Assembly (NCBI GenBank): GCA_016284485.1
Contig: JAEEOX010000154.1
Span: forward strand, 1-29,455
Origin: Bacillota bacterium
Lineage (GTDB): Bacteria; Bacillota; Clostridia; Peptostreptococcales; Anaerovoracaceae
Length of the DNA: 29,455 bases
Direction of reading: 5' to 3'
Shown: positions 1 to 8,364 of the stretch, one piece after another
Numbering within the stretch: position 1 is the first letter of the stretch
Layout of the letters: every line of letters begins with the position of its first letter
Made by a program: the position numbers and the translations under genes
Notes under the pieces: model-generated
Databases searched by the model: none
Told to the model about the DNA's origin: nothing
What the model saw: the letters and a program-made list of their open reading frames with translations, nothing else

Positions 1-306
1 GTACCAGTTGACGATGTTCGGGGCGCAAAGAGCTATCTCCGCTGCGATGAGGATCACCATCCAGCCCTTCCATGCAAGCCTGGGCCAGCGGTCCCTCAGA
101 AGCAGCATGAAATTCCGCACCATGGAAACGGCCAGGACTATCATTCCCGATACGCTTCCGAGGAGCAGATACTGTATCCCGAAAAACACGTTAGCCAGAA
201 TGTCCATGATGAGGACCCGGGTGGCGTTTTTCATCTGGAAACTTATGACCATTGAAGCCAGGCCCAGGAAACCCAGGGCCTGTACGAAGAATACGGATTC
301 CGTCAT
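1..306 (-). CDS. YgjV-family inner membrane protein, 3' end truncated by window edge (not in the supplied ORF track)
   Basis: Hand translation from ATG at 306: MTESVFFVQALGFLGLASMVISFQMKNATRVLIMDILANVFFGIQYLLLGSVSGMIVLAVSMVRNF..., open to base 1. Hydrophobic, with the SFQ.K and RN motifs I associate with YgjV. The start overlaps the EamA stop (ATGA). Confidence 0.7.
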   Translation of the reverse strand, partial: MTESVFFVQALGFLGLASMVISFQMKNATRVLIMDILANVFFGIQYLLLGSVSGMIVLAVSMVRNFMLLLRDRWPRLAWKGWMVILIAAEIALCAPNIVNWY

Positions 307-1217
307 TGTGGCGAACTGCCTCCTTCAGCCGGAACTTCAGATTTCTTTTTCTTTTCGGGGAGGTTGGAGATGACCACTGCTGCGAACATTATGATGCAGC
401 CCATTATCTCCCTCATTGTCATAGTCTCGTGAAGCAGTACAACTCCTGCCAGGACACCGAACACCGACTCGAGGCAAAGTATCAGCGCCGCGATGGCGGG
501 ATCCGCCTCACGCTGTCCCAGAACCTGGAAGGTGTAAGCGATGCCGCAGCTTATGACGCCTGCATAGAGGATGGGGAACCAGACTGACATTATGTTGGAC
601 ATGCTCACCGGGCTCTCGAAGATCACCATGCAGATCATTCCCAGAAGTCCCGAAAACAGGAACTGGATGCAGGAGAGCTTCAGTCCGTCGATGCGCTCCA
701 CAAAGTAGTCCACTGCGTTCATCTGAGCCGCGAAGGCTATGGCGCAGAGGATGACCAGCGTGTCTCCCAGCTGGATCTTGAAGGACGCATCGGTCATGCA
801 GAGCAGATAGAGCCCTATTACATCCAGCACAACGCAGAGCCATACGATGGGGCGGGTCTTTTTCTTGAAAACCAGCAGGTACAGGATGGGGCAGAACACC
901 ACGTAGAGCGTTGTTATGAATGCAGCCTTGCCCGCCGTGGTATATGCCAGACCGAACTGCTGAAGAGAAGCGGCTACGAAGAGGAAAAAGCCGCAGACTA
1001 TGCCGCCGATAAGCTCAGTCTTGTTTACTATGGGCTGGGACTTGTCTTTATGATTCTTCAGTACCAGAGGCACCAGCACCAGGCCTCCTATGAAGGTCCT
1101 TATACCGTTGAACGTGAACGCTCCTATCTGACCTCCGCTCTTCTGGGCCACGAAAGCCGTACCCCAGATGAAGGCTGCGATCAGCAGCAGCAAATTGGCT
1201 TTCATTTTGTTCGACAT
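303..1217 (-). CDS. DMT/EamA family transporter
   Basis: 304 aa, about 10 hydrophobic segments in two repeats, N-terminal IWGTAFVAQK motif; AGGAG upstream. Confidence 0.9.
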   Translation of the reverse strand: MSNKMKANLLLLIAAFIWGTAFVAQKSGGQIGAFTFNGIRTFIGGLVLVPLVLKNHKDKSQPIVNKTELIGGIVCGFFLFVAASLQQFGLAYTTAGKAAFITTLYVVFCPILYLLVFKKKTRPIVWLCVVLDVIGLYLLCMTDASFKIQLGDTLVILCAIAFAAQMNAVDYFVERIDGLKLSCIQFLFSGLLGMICMVIFESPVSMSNIMSVWFPILYAGVISCGIAYTFQVLGQREADPAIAALILCLESVFGVLAGVVLLHETMTMREIMGCIIMFAAVVISNLPEKKKKSEVPAEGGSSPQ

Positions 1218-1227
1218 GATTCTTCTC

Positions 1228-2412
1228 CTATACTCCGGTATTTCTCAGCGTGCCTTCCAGAAGCAGCACTCTTACTGCAAGCACCAGACTCTCTCTGAAT
1301 TCCTCCTCCGAAAGGTGAGGTGCTGTCATCTCATGGATCCTTTTGATCCTGTATCTTACTGTGTTCTTGTGGCAAAACAGCCTTTCGGCAGCCTCGTTCA
1401 GATCACAGTTCGCCAAAACATATTCTCTGGCTGTCTCCATCAACCCGACAGATTCAGCTTTTTCCTCGGTCAGGGGTCTGAGGAAGTCTTTTGAACTTCT
1501 GACCAGACTGCCCGAACTCATCTCCGGAGCCAGAAGTCTGTATACTCCCATGTCTCCGTATCTCTGAACGGCCTCGCCCTTCACGCGGGCCGCCTGCATC
1601 GCCCAGAATGCTTCGTTCACAGCTTCGGTGAAATCTTCACTTTCCAGGATCATGCTGAGTCCGGTCACAGCCGTCTCCAGGGGAAGGCCGCAGGCCACTG
1701 CGGCATCCTTCATAAGGACGCCCATATCCCTTTTGCCGGGCTCTTCCCTGGTCATGATCATCAGTCCGCCCTGCCTGAATCTAGTGAGGCTCACCCGGTC
1801 CGAATACCTGGGCTCAAGGCTCAGCTTCCTGATGTATCTTATCATATGATCCCTGTCATAGATGCCGGGATCTGAAGGACTCTCGAAGCAGGCAGCCTGA
1901 ACATACCTGCCCTTGGCAGGAAGTATCATGTGCTTCAGTCTCTCCGCATCGCCCCCGCTGAGCTGACCGCTCAGGATATTTTCCAGGGCGTCCTCGGTCT
2001 CCGTCTCCGTCATATCCATGCCGGCTTCTTTCTTCACCGCCAGCACAATATCCTCGAAGAAGGCGTCGTCCGTTATCTCGAAGATCGGAAAGCTGTTTCT
2101 CTCGGAATACTCCAGGACTTCGCCCGGCAGTTCCCTGAAGAAAACAGGCTTGTAGCAGAGACAGGCGATGCCCATCTCATCCATCCGGGTCACGGCGTCC
2201 AGCAGGAGTTCGGGTTTGTTCCTGGCGAACATCAGGCTTGAGATACCCAGGCTGTTGCCGTAAAACATCTCCTCCCTGGTGAACTCCACGCCCTCTGCGA
2301 ACTCGAAGTCCACTATCTCGGTGGCGTTCACTTCCTTGTCCAGTCCGCCGGATCCGGATACCAGTCTGAAGCCCGACAGTTCGGGCAGTTTTATGATCTC
2401 CTTAAGTCTCAA
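1228..2412 (-). CDS. PucR-family transcriptional regulator
   Basis: N-terminal 'MRLKEIIKLPELSGFRLVSGSGGLDKEV' PucR-like domain; C-terminal 'NLNEAAERLFCHKNTVRYRIKRI'-type HTH (CDLNEAAERLFCHKNTVRYRIKRI); TTG start with GGAG RBS. Confidence 0.85.
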   Translation of the reverse strand: MRLKEIIKLPELSGFRLVSGSGGLDKEVNATEIVDFEFAEGVEFTREEMFYGNSLGISSLMFARNKPELLLDAVTRMDEMGIACLCYKPVFFRELPGEVLEYSERNSFPIFEITDDAFFEDIVLAVKKEAGMDMTETETEDALENILSGQLSGGDAERLKHMILPAKGRYVQAACFESPSDPGIYDRDHMIRYIRKLSLEPRYSDRVSLTRFRQGGLMIMTREEPGKRDMGVLMKDAAVACGLPLETAVTGLSMILESEDFTEAVNEAFWAMQAARVKGEAVQRYGDMGVYRLLAPEMSSGSLVRSSKDFLRPLTEEKAESVGLMETAREYVLANCDLNEAAERLFCHKNTVRYRIKRIHEMTAPHLSEEEFRESLVLAVRVLLLEGTLRNTGV

Positions 2413-2432
2413 TCTATGCTCCGATCATGACC

Positions 2433-2618
2433 TTAGACCGCCTTGCTCTTTGACTCCTTGTAAAGCCTGATAACTTCCGGCCAGGTCTTCCTGCCGATGG
2501 GCACGCAGTATACCCTGTTCATATCCTCAGCAGTATTTTCTTTCGCGATATTGTAGTTGAGTATCCTCTCAGTTACGCTTGCTGCGTACTCTGATGTGGG
2601 TCTGTTGTAGATATACAT
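2433..2618 (-). CDS. Small hypothetical protein (61 aa)
   Basis: GGAGG followed after 7 nt by ATG at 2618; MYIYNRPTSEY...KESKSKAV; ends 20 nt before the PucR start. Confidence 0.6.
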   Translation of the reverse strand: MYIYNRPTSEYAASVTERILNYNIAKENTAEDMNRVYCVPIGRKTWPEVIRLYKESKSKAV

Positions 2619-2700
2619 TTCCGTACCTCCTTTGTTCATTTGGTACTTTAAATATATATCATCAGCCCACGGGATTCATTATCTCCAGATATAAATAATA

Positions 2701-2746
2701 TAGCCTGTCTTTGTACGTTTGTACAACATTATTTGATTACAGGCTA
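2701..2746. promoter_or_regulatory. Candidate operator TTGTAC-N4-GTACAA nested in an 8-bp inverted repeat
   Basis: ttgtac-gttt-gtacaa at 2711-2726; tagcctgt (2701-2708) / acaggcta (2739-2746); AT-rich region upstream of the small ORF-PucR unit. Confidence 0.4.
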
Positions 2747-2783
2747 TTATTATCTTTAAAATCCATCGATTATTTGTTCTAAC

Positions 2784-3449
2784 TTACTGATATTCCTTCC
2801 AGGTCTTGCCTTTGGCTGATTCGCAGGTGAGTTCTTTGAAGGATACGGGCTTGCCGTCCTCAAAGAACACCTGATATCCCAGGCCGGACTTGGGGGTCCA
2901 GAGCCAGAAATTCTCTCTGAGGCCCGGGAACCAGTTCATCATGGTGGCGGAGATGGCTCCTCCGTGGCAGACCATGACGGACACAGCGTCTCCGCCGTCG
3001 TGTCTGTGAGCCAGTTCCGTCATGCGGTGCTTGCCAACGAGGATCTCGTTGCCTCTCTTGATCCTGTCCATGTAGCCCATCATGCTCTCGCCTCCGGGGA
3101 AGCAAAACGTGCCAGTCCCGTCGTTGATCCATTCCTCGGCTCCGGGGAGTTCCTTCAGCTCATCGAAGGTCTTGCACTCCCAGTCGCCGAAGTTGATCTC
3201 CTTCATCTCCTCGATCTCCTCGTAGGGCACGTCGCCGAAAAGATGATGCAGGGTCTCCTTGGTCCTGACCAGGGTGGTCACATAGAACCTGGCGTCGGCG
3301 GGAATCTCCGGATAGGCTCCTTCTTTTTTGTATATATCCAGAGTGTCGTAGCCCTCCTTGACCACGTGCAGGTCGGCCCAACCGTAGTACCAGTGGTTCA
3401 CTATACCCTCAGTAGTTCCGTGTCTTATCAAAACTATGTACGACTTCAC
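2784..3449 (-). CDS. cobC: Histidine phosphatase, probable alpha-ribazole phosphatase
   Basis: RHG motif (LIRHGTTE), EINFGDWE, C-terminal VCHGG; last gene of the cob cluster. Confidence 0.72.
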   Translation of the reverse strand: MKSYIVLIRHGTTEGIVNHWYYGWADLHVVKEGYDTLDIYKKEGAYPEIPADARFYVTTLVRTKETLHHLFGDVPYEEIEEMKEINFGDWECKTFDELKELPGAEEWINDGTGTFCFPGGESMMGYMDRIKRGNEILVGKHRMTELAHRHDGGDAVSVMVCHGGAISATMMNWFPGLRENFWLWTPKSGLGYQVFFEDGKPVSFKELTCESAKGKTWKEYQ

Positions 3450-3475
3450 TTCTTTTCCTTTCCTGCGGCTCTGCG

Positions 3476-3856
3476 CTATTTGATGCGCTTGCCGATCCCT
3501 GCGAACACGCGGATGACTGCGTCAGCCTCGCCCACCAGATAGATGGCCAGGCGGCTGGCAGCCTCTCTGGCTGCCCTGTCCTTGGGATCCATGGGCACCA
3601 GTCCGCAGGAGATGTCGTTTAAGATTATCACCGAGTTGGCCCATTTGCTGCGCCTGGCAGCCATGAACTTCACCGGGTTTCTGTCCGCCTCGAGACAGGC
3701 GTAGCAGATCTCCTCCACATTGTTCAGTATTCTTTTGCTGAAATCTATGTCCACCTTGTCACGGGTGCAGTTGTACACGTCCGTGGATCTGTAGTGTGTC
3801 TTTTCCAAAGCGTATTCCAGCATTCCCTGGTACGCTCCCCCTATGATCAATACCAT
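3476..3856 (-). CDS. Short CobU/CobP-like protein with degenerate P-loop
   Basis: 126 aa; MVLIIGGAYQGM..., IILNDISCGLVP, REAASR, ADAVIRVFAGI match the CobU fold pattern. Confidence 0.7.
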   Translation of the reverse strand: MVLIIGGAYQGMLEYALEKTHYRSTDVYNCTRDKVDIDFSKRILNNVEEICYACLEADRNPVKFMAARRSKWANSVIILNDISCGLVPMDPKDRAAREAASRLAIYLVGEADAVIRVFAGIGKRIK

Positions 3857-3886
3857 TTTGACCTCCTGTAATTCAAAACATCCAAC

Positions 3887-3910
3887 TCCGGGCCCCGCGC
3901 CCGGCCCGGA
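3887..3910. other. GC-rich intercistronic hairpin without U-tract
   Basis: tccgggcc-ccgcgccc-ggcccgga, perfect 8-bp stem 3 nt after the cobS stop. Confidence 0.5.
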
Positions 3911-3913
3911 CCT

Positions 3914-4786
3914 CTATATCAGAAGCCCGACTATACCCATGAGTTCTCCCCAGAGTATGCCGTATCCGGCTATGTCGCCGTTCATGCCCTTGAGCTGATG
4001 GCGGGCGATGAGGCAGGATATCAGCGACCCCGCGAAGGAGAGAATTATTATCATCATAAGCCCGAATCTGTCCGGTCTGGGGCAGACGGTGTGGGCTATC
4101 ACCAGAAGGATCAGCAGCTGGACTGCCATGAATACGGCAGCCTTGGTGTCCTTCATCATCATCCTGTACTGGCTGGTCTCCATGGGCTCCAGGTTCATCA
4201 TCAGGAACCCTGACACCGCCCTGGGGACGGTCATTATCACTGCGAAAGCCATGAGAACGGACTTGGGATCATGTCCGCCGGTCAGCGAGTTGATCAGGCC
4301 GTTTCCCATGCCAGGCGAGAACAGCTGCAGGAGCCCTGAGCTGATCAGCGTGTCCAGCAGGGGCTTGAAGGACTGGCCCAGTCCCGGATCCACGTAGGAT
4401 GCCATGCATCCGAACTCGATGAGTACCAGGAAAATGAAGCTGACTATGGCGAAGGTCCCGCACCTGCTGTCCTTGAGGATGGCCCGCTTTTTCTGAAGAT
4501 CTCCCCTGGACATCAGGGCGTCGTTGACGTCCATGTATCCGTCCACGTGGATGAATCCCGATATCACGAAGGGTATCCAGATAAGAAGGGCTGCGGCCGC
4601 GATGTATGGCAGCTGCAGCTTGAGAGCCAGTATCCCCAGAAGTCCCCAGATCAGGCCCATCAGGAAACCTACTGTGGGCAGCCATGCCAGCATGTATGGT
4701 CTCGCCTCTTCATCCCACTTCCTGGGACCGGGTATGTAGCAAAAGTTCCCCCAGCACATGAGAAGTCCCGTCAAAACCTTTTTCAT
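3914..4786 (-). CDS. cobS: Adenosylcobinamide-GDP ribazoletransferase (cobalamin synthase)
   Basis: GFIHVDGYMDVNDA, ILKDSRCGTF and GMNGDIAG motifs; membrane protein; overlaps the cobU stop. Confidence 0.85.
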   Translation of the reverse strand: MKKVLTGLLMCWGNFCYIPGPRKWDEEARPYMLAWLPTVGFLMGLIWGLLGILALKLQLPYIAAAALLIWIPFVISGFIHVDGYMDVNDALMSRGDLQKKRAILKDSRCGTFAIVSFIFLVLIEFGCMASYVDPGLGQSFKPLLDTLISSGLLQLFSPGMGNGLINSLTGGHDPKSVLMAFAVIMTVPRAVSGFLMMNLEPMETSQYRMMMKDTKAAVFMAVQLLILLVIAHTVCPRPDRFGLMMIIILSFAGSLISCLIARHQLKGMNGDIAGYGILWGELMGIVGLLI

Positions 4787-5490
4787 CGTTCTCCCTCACC
4801 TCCGGAATGTCTGAACTCTGCCCACGGGAAATTGGCCTCCCTCTCCAGGGCCTTCGGGTGAGCCGGCGCCCCGTCCTCGCGGGATATCCCCTGGACCGCC
4901 AGCTGGACGGCCGCCTCGTCGTTCCTCTCGGCCATCCTGGTCAGTTCCTCAGGTACCTCTTCGTCTTTTTTGTACCATGTGGGGAAGCCGTAAAACATCT
5001 CTATGGCCGCATCGCATTCCTGGGCCAGCATCCTGTCTATGTCCGCCAGGCCCTTCCTGTACGCCTCCACCGTGTCCGAGTAGTCTATGGCATCGGAGTA
5101 CATGTAGTCCGACACGAAGATCAGAGAATCGAAGGTGTGGCAGAGCTCCCTGAGCTCAGCCGTGATCTTTCTGGGCGCGGAGTGATACATGCTCCCGTCC
5201 TCTCTGAACATCTCGTTGGACAGCAGGGCTGTCACCGAATCTATGAGGTAGACCCCCTCAGGATCCGTCAGCGCCTGAGACAGATTCTTTCCCGCCTCGA
5301 TGGTACGGAAACCCAGGCCGTTCCTGTTCCACTGGTGACGCTCGATCCTCTCCCTGTCCTCGTCGTCGTGAGGGATCATGGTCGCCACGTAGTAAAGCGG
5401 CCTTTCCGCCTCCCTGGCCATCTTCACGGCCAGGTTCTGGGCGAAGTCAGATTTTCCGTTTTTGGCTCCTCCTGATATGAATACGTTCAT
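4783..5490 (-). CDS. cobU: Bifunctional adenosylcobinamide kinase / cobinamide-phosphate guanylyltransferase
   Basis: ISGGAKNGKS P-loop, YYVATM, RIERHQ, LIDSVTALLSN; extra C-terminal tail. Confidence 0.85.
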   Translation of the reverse strand: MNVFISGGAKNGKSDFAQNLAVKMAREAERPLYYVATMIPHDDEDRERIERHQWNRNGLGFRTIEAGKNLSQALTDPEGVYLIDSVTALLSNEMFREDGSMYHSAPRKITAELRELCHTFDSLIFVSDYMYSDAIDYSDTVEAYRKGLADIDRMLAQECDAAIEMFYGFPTWYKKDEEVPEELTRMAERNDEAAVQLAVQGISREDGAPAHPKALEREANFPWAEFRHSGGEGER

Positions 5491-5534
5491 TGCTTTTCCC
5501 CTTTATTGTTCCCTTTTGGTGATCAGTTCAATTC

Positions 5535-5555
5535 CGGCGCAAAACATCTGCGCCG
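5535..5555. repeat. Short hairpin repeat, copy 1
   Basis: CGGCGCA-aaacatc-TGCGCCG; 5537-5555 is identical to 25458-25476 (19 nt). Confidence 0.7.
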
Positions 5556-5561
5556 CAGTCT

Positions 5562-6701
5562 CTAGAAGAAATTGCCGCTCTTCCTCTGCTCCAGATAATC
5601 GGCATCTATTGCCCCCTCGTCGTAGGTGGCCATCAGATTCATGGTGGCACAGGCCGTTTCCATGATCTTGAAGGTGATGGGGCATCCCGAGCCCTCGCCC
5701 AGGCGCATGCCCAGGTCGAACAAAGGCCTGATCCCCAGTTCCTCCATGGCTATGACGTATCCCTGCTCCCTGGACTTATGGGACGCGAACATGAAGTTCG
5801 CGGCCTTGGGTGCCAGGCGGGCGGCCGCCAGGGCCGCCACGGCTGAGATGTAGCCGTCGATCACCACAGGTATGCGATAGAGGGCGGCGCCGACATAGGC
5901 GCCGGTCATGGCGGCTATGTCGAAGCCGCCTGCGTTCCTTATTACTGTAAGTGGATCCAGCCCCGCGTTGGCCGCGGCGGCCTCACCCACTATCTCTGTT
6001 TTTCTTGCCAGACCTTCATCGGTGAGGCCGCCTCCGCGGCCTACCACTTCCTCAGCGGAATGGCCTGTCAGAGCTGCCAGCACGCAGGCGGAGGTGGTGG
6101 TGTTTCCTATGCCCATCTCGCCTATGCCGAAGACCTGAACGCCTGCGTCCTTCATGGCTTTTGCGGCCTCGATGCCGGTGAGGAAGGCCTTTTCAAGCTG
6201 CTCATCGGTCATGGCCGGACCCTTGGCCAGGTCAGCCGTTCCGGGGGCCAGCCTGCGGTCCACTATCTTCCGGGCGATCCTGCCCTCAGAAACCATGTCA
6301 CGGGTCATGAGAGTCTCGGGTATGTCCATCTTGACTCCCATGTTAACCACCAGAAGGTCGAAGTTCCAGTACTTGGCCATGGAGCTCACCCCGGTGAAGC
6401 GACGCGGCATGTTGATGGTCTGTGAATAGGTCACCGACTGGGGAGCCGATGCCACGCCCTCCGCGCATACACCGTTGTCCGCGCTGAAGACCGCCACCGC
6501 CTGGCGGCTCACGTCGTTCTTGACCCGGCCGGTGATCCCCGCCAGGCGGACGGTGATGTCCTCCAGGTAACCCAGTGCTCCGGTGGGCTTGGCCAGCTGC
6601 TCCTGGCGGGCTTCTGCAGCCTTCACCGCGTCAGCATCCAGGTCGCCGGTACGCTCCACCTGTGCAAGTATATCTTCGATAAGTTTTCTGTTATCGCTCA
6701 T
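5562..6701 (-). CDS. cobT: Nicotinate-nucleotide:dimethylbenzimidazole phosphoribosyltransferase
   Basis: LAKPTGALGYLE, FSADNGV, GEMGIGNTTTS, GRGGGL and LGMRLGEGSG motifs. Confidence 0.92.
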   Translation of the reverse strand: MSDNRKLIEDILAQVERTGDLDADAVKAAEARQEQLAKPTGALGYLEDITVRLAGITGRVKNDVSRQAVAVFSADNGVCAEGVASAPQSVTYSQTINMPRRFTGVSSMAKYWNFDLLVVNMGVKMDIPETLMTRDMVSEGRIARKIVDRRLAPGTADLAKGPAMTDEQLEKAFLTGIEAAKAMKDAGVQVFGIGEMGIGNTTTSACVLAALTGHSAEEVVGRGGGLTDEGLARKTEIVGEAAAANAGLDPLTVIRNAGGFDIAAMTGAYVGAALYRIPVVIDGYISAVAALAAARLAPKAANFMFASHKSREQGYVIAMEELGIRPLFDLGMRLGEGSGCPITFKIMETACATMNLMATYDEGAIDADYLEQRKSGNFF

Positions 6702-6714
6702 TTATTCCGACCTT

Positions 6715-8250
6715 TCAGTTCATCCTGATCCTGGGATAGTCCTCCAGGAAGGCAGCCATTATCTCCAGTATGGTCTCGCACCTGCCCTCAGTCACCTCGA
6801 TGTTGAGGGGCATGAGAGGCTCATGCAGCGAACGCCTCAGCAGACACCATCCTTTCAGGCCCTCAAGCCTGAAGTTGATGCGGACCCCCTCGTAGTTGGG
6901 CTCCACCAGGGAGATTCCCTGGCCGTTCTTTTGCTTGTATTCCACCCATACCTTCAGCCCTGCCAGGACCTGATCCGCGTAGAGTCCGGGATCGTGGCCC
7001 TCCACCGGGAGCCGGACTTCAGTGGCTTCAAGAGGCTCCTTAAGGCTGGAGATCATGTCGCTTATGGTGGCTCCGGACCGCTTGAGCAGTGCAGCCTTGA
7101 TCACGATCTTGGCAGCCAGATATGCTCCGTCGTCCAGCCAGAAATTCTCCTTGTATGCAGCGTGGCCCGAGGTCTCGATGGCCAGCTGGCTGTCGGTGCC
7201 GGACTGGTTGAGTTCTATGGCCTTGTTTATGACGTTCCTGTATCCCCTCTTGAACCGGAGGTGCTTCAGACCCAGGCACTCGGTGAGGTACTCCGTCAGT
7301 TCATCGGAAGTGATGGAGTCTGTGACCACCGTGGTCCCCGGATGATCCGCCGCGATCAGTGCAGCTGCCAGCGCCACGATGCCGTTTCTTGCGATCTCCC
7401 TGCCCTGGCCGTCCACCGCAGCAGACCTGTCCACGTCGGTATCGAAGATCAGTCCGAAGTCAGAGCCACTGTCCAGCACAGCGCGGGATATGGCCTTCAT
7501 GGCTTCCTTGTCCTCAGGGTTCGGCCTGTGGTTGGGGAAGTGACCGTCGGGCTCCAGGAATACCGAGCCTGACACGTCGGCTCCCAGGGGCTTCAGGATG
7601 TTTTGTGCGAAAAATCCGCCTCCGCCGTTGCCGGCGTCCACTGCTATCTTAAGACCCCTCAGGGGATGCTCCGGGTCTTCCCGATCCTGCACTCCCATAA
7701 TGATCAGATTCCTGATGTATGCTTCGTAGGTGCCCATGAGGTCCACCCTGTCCGCTCCTCCTCTCACCTGGACCACAGGCGGGAGGCCATTGTCGGCTGC
7801 GTAGACTTCAGCATATTCTATGATGGAGGCGATGTCCTTCTTGTCCAGACCGCCGCCTTTCCCGAAAAACTTGAAGCCGTTCCTGTTCCAGGGCAGGTGT
7901 GATGCGGTGATCATCACCGCGCCGTCGCACTTGAAGCCCTCGAATACCGTGGACATGAACATGGCAGGCGTGGAAGCCTGACCGCAGTCCAGCACATTGA
8001 CCCCGCAGGACCTGAGCGCCTCAACTGCCCAGTCCCTGAGGTCTTCCGAGCTCAGCCGGGGATCGTGTCCCACGGAGATCCTCATCTCCCAGGGATCCAC
8101 TCCCGTATTCTTATTGAGCCATTTCACGAAGCCCTTCATGAGGACCTCAGTCTCCGGCTTTCCAAGGTTAACGTGTTCGTTCTCGATGCCCTCCAGCGCG
8201 ATGCCGCGGATGTCGGAACCGTTCTGAAGTTTCTTTAGATCCAAAGCCAT
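6715..8250 (-). CDS. Phosphomannomutase/phosphoglucomutase (alpha-D-phosphohexomutase)
   Basis: NGSDIRG, catalytic ITASHLP, metal loop FDTDVDR, IETSGH. Confidence 0.9.
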   Translation of the reverse strand: MALDLKKLQNGSDIRGIALEGIENEHVNLGKPETEVLMKGFVKWLNKNTGVDPWEMRISVGHDPRLSSEDLRDWAVEALRSCGVNVLDCGQASTPAMFMSTVFEGFKCDGAVMITASHLPWNRNGFKFFGKGGGLDKKDIASIIEYAEVYAADNGLPPVVQVRGGADRVDLMGTYEAYIRNLIIMGVQDREDPEHPLRGLKIAVDAGNGGGGFFAQNILKPLGADVSGSVFLEPDGHFPNHRPNPEDKEAMKAISRAVLDSGSDFGLIFDTDVDRSAAVDGQGREIARNGIVALAAALIAADHPGTTVVTDSITSDELTEYLTECLGLKHLRFKRGYRNVINKAIELNQSGTDSQLAIETSGHAAYKENFWLDDGAYLAAKIVIKAALLKRSGATISDMISSLKEPLEATEVRLPVEGHDPGLYADQVLAGLKVWVEYKQKNGQGISLVEPNYEGVRINFRLEGLKGWCLLRRSLHEPLMPLNIEVTEGRCETILEIMAAFLEDYPRIRMN

Positions 8251-8296
8251 ATTATCTCCTGTTCACGGGCTCAAAACACCTGCTTCTCCACCATCC

Positions 8297-8336
8297 AAAA
8301 ACTCCCCCATAGTAGTCTTATTGTACTACAGGGGAG
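8297..8336 (-). terminator. Probable intrinsic terminator after DUF2804
   Basis: ctcccc/ggggag plus gtagt/actac stem, followed by T5 on the minus strand. Confidence 0.55.
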
Positions 8337-8348
8337 CCTGTTTTTCAA
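8320..8348 (-). promoter_or_regulatory. sigmaA-type promoter for the phosphomutase-cob unit
   Basis: TTGAAA (8343-8348), 17-nt spacer, TACAAT (8320-8325). Confidence 0.65.
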
Positions 8349-8364
8349 TTGATTTAAGGTTATC

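Noticed and set aside
6702-8364. Cobalamin riboswitch upstream of the cob genes
   Set aside because: cobT is 13 nt from the phosphomutase stop, and the 8251-8364 gap is short and lacks a B12-box.
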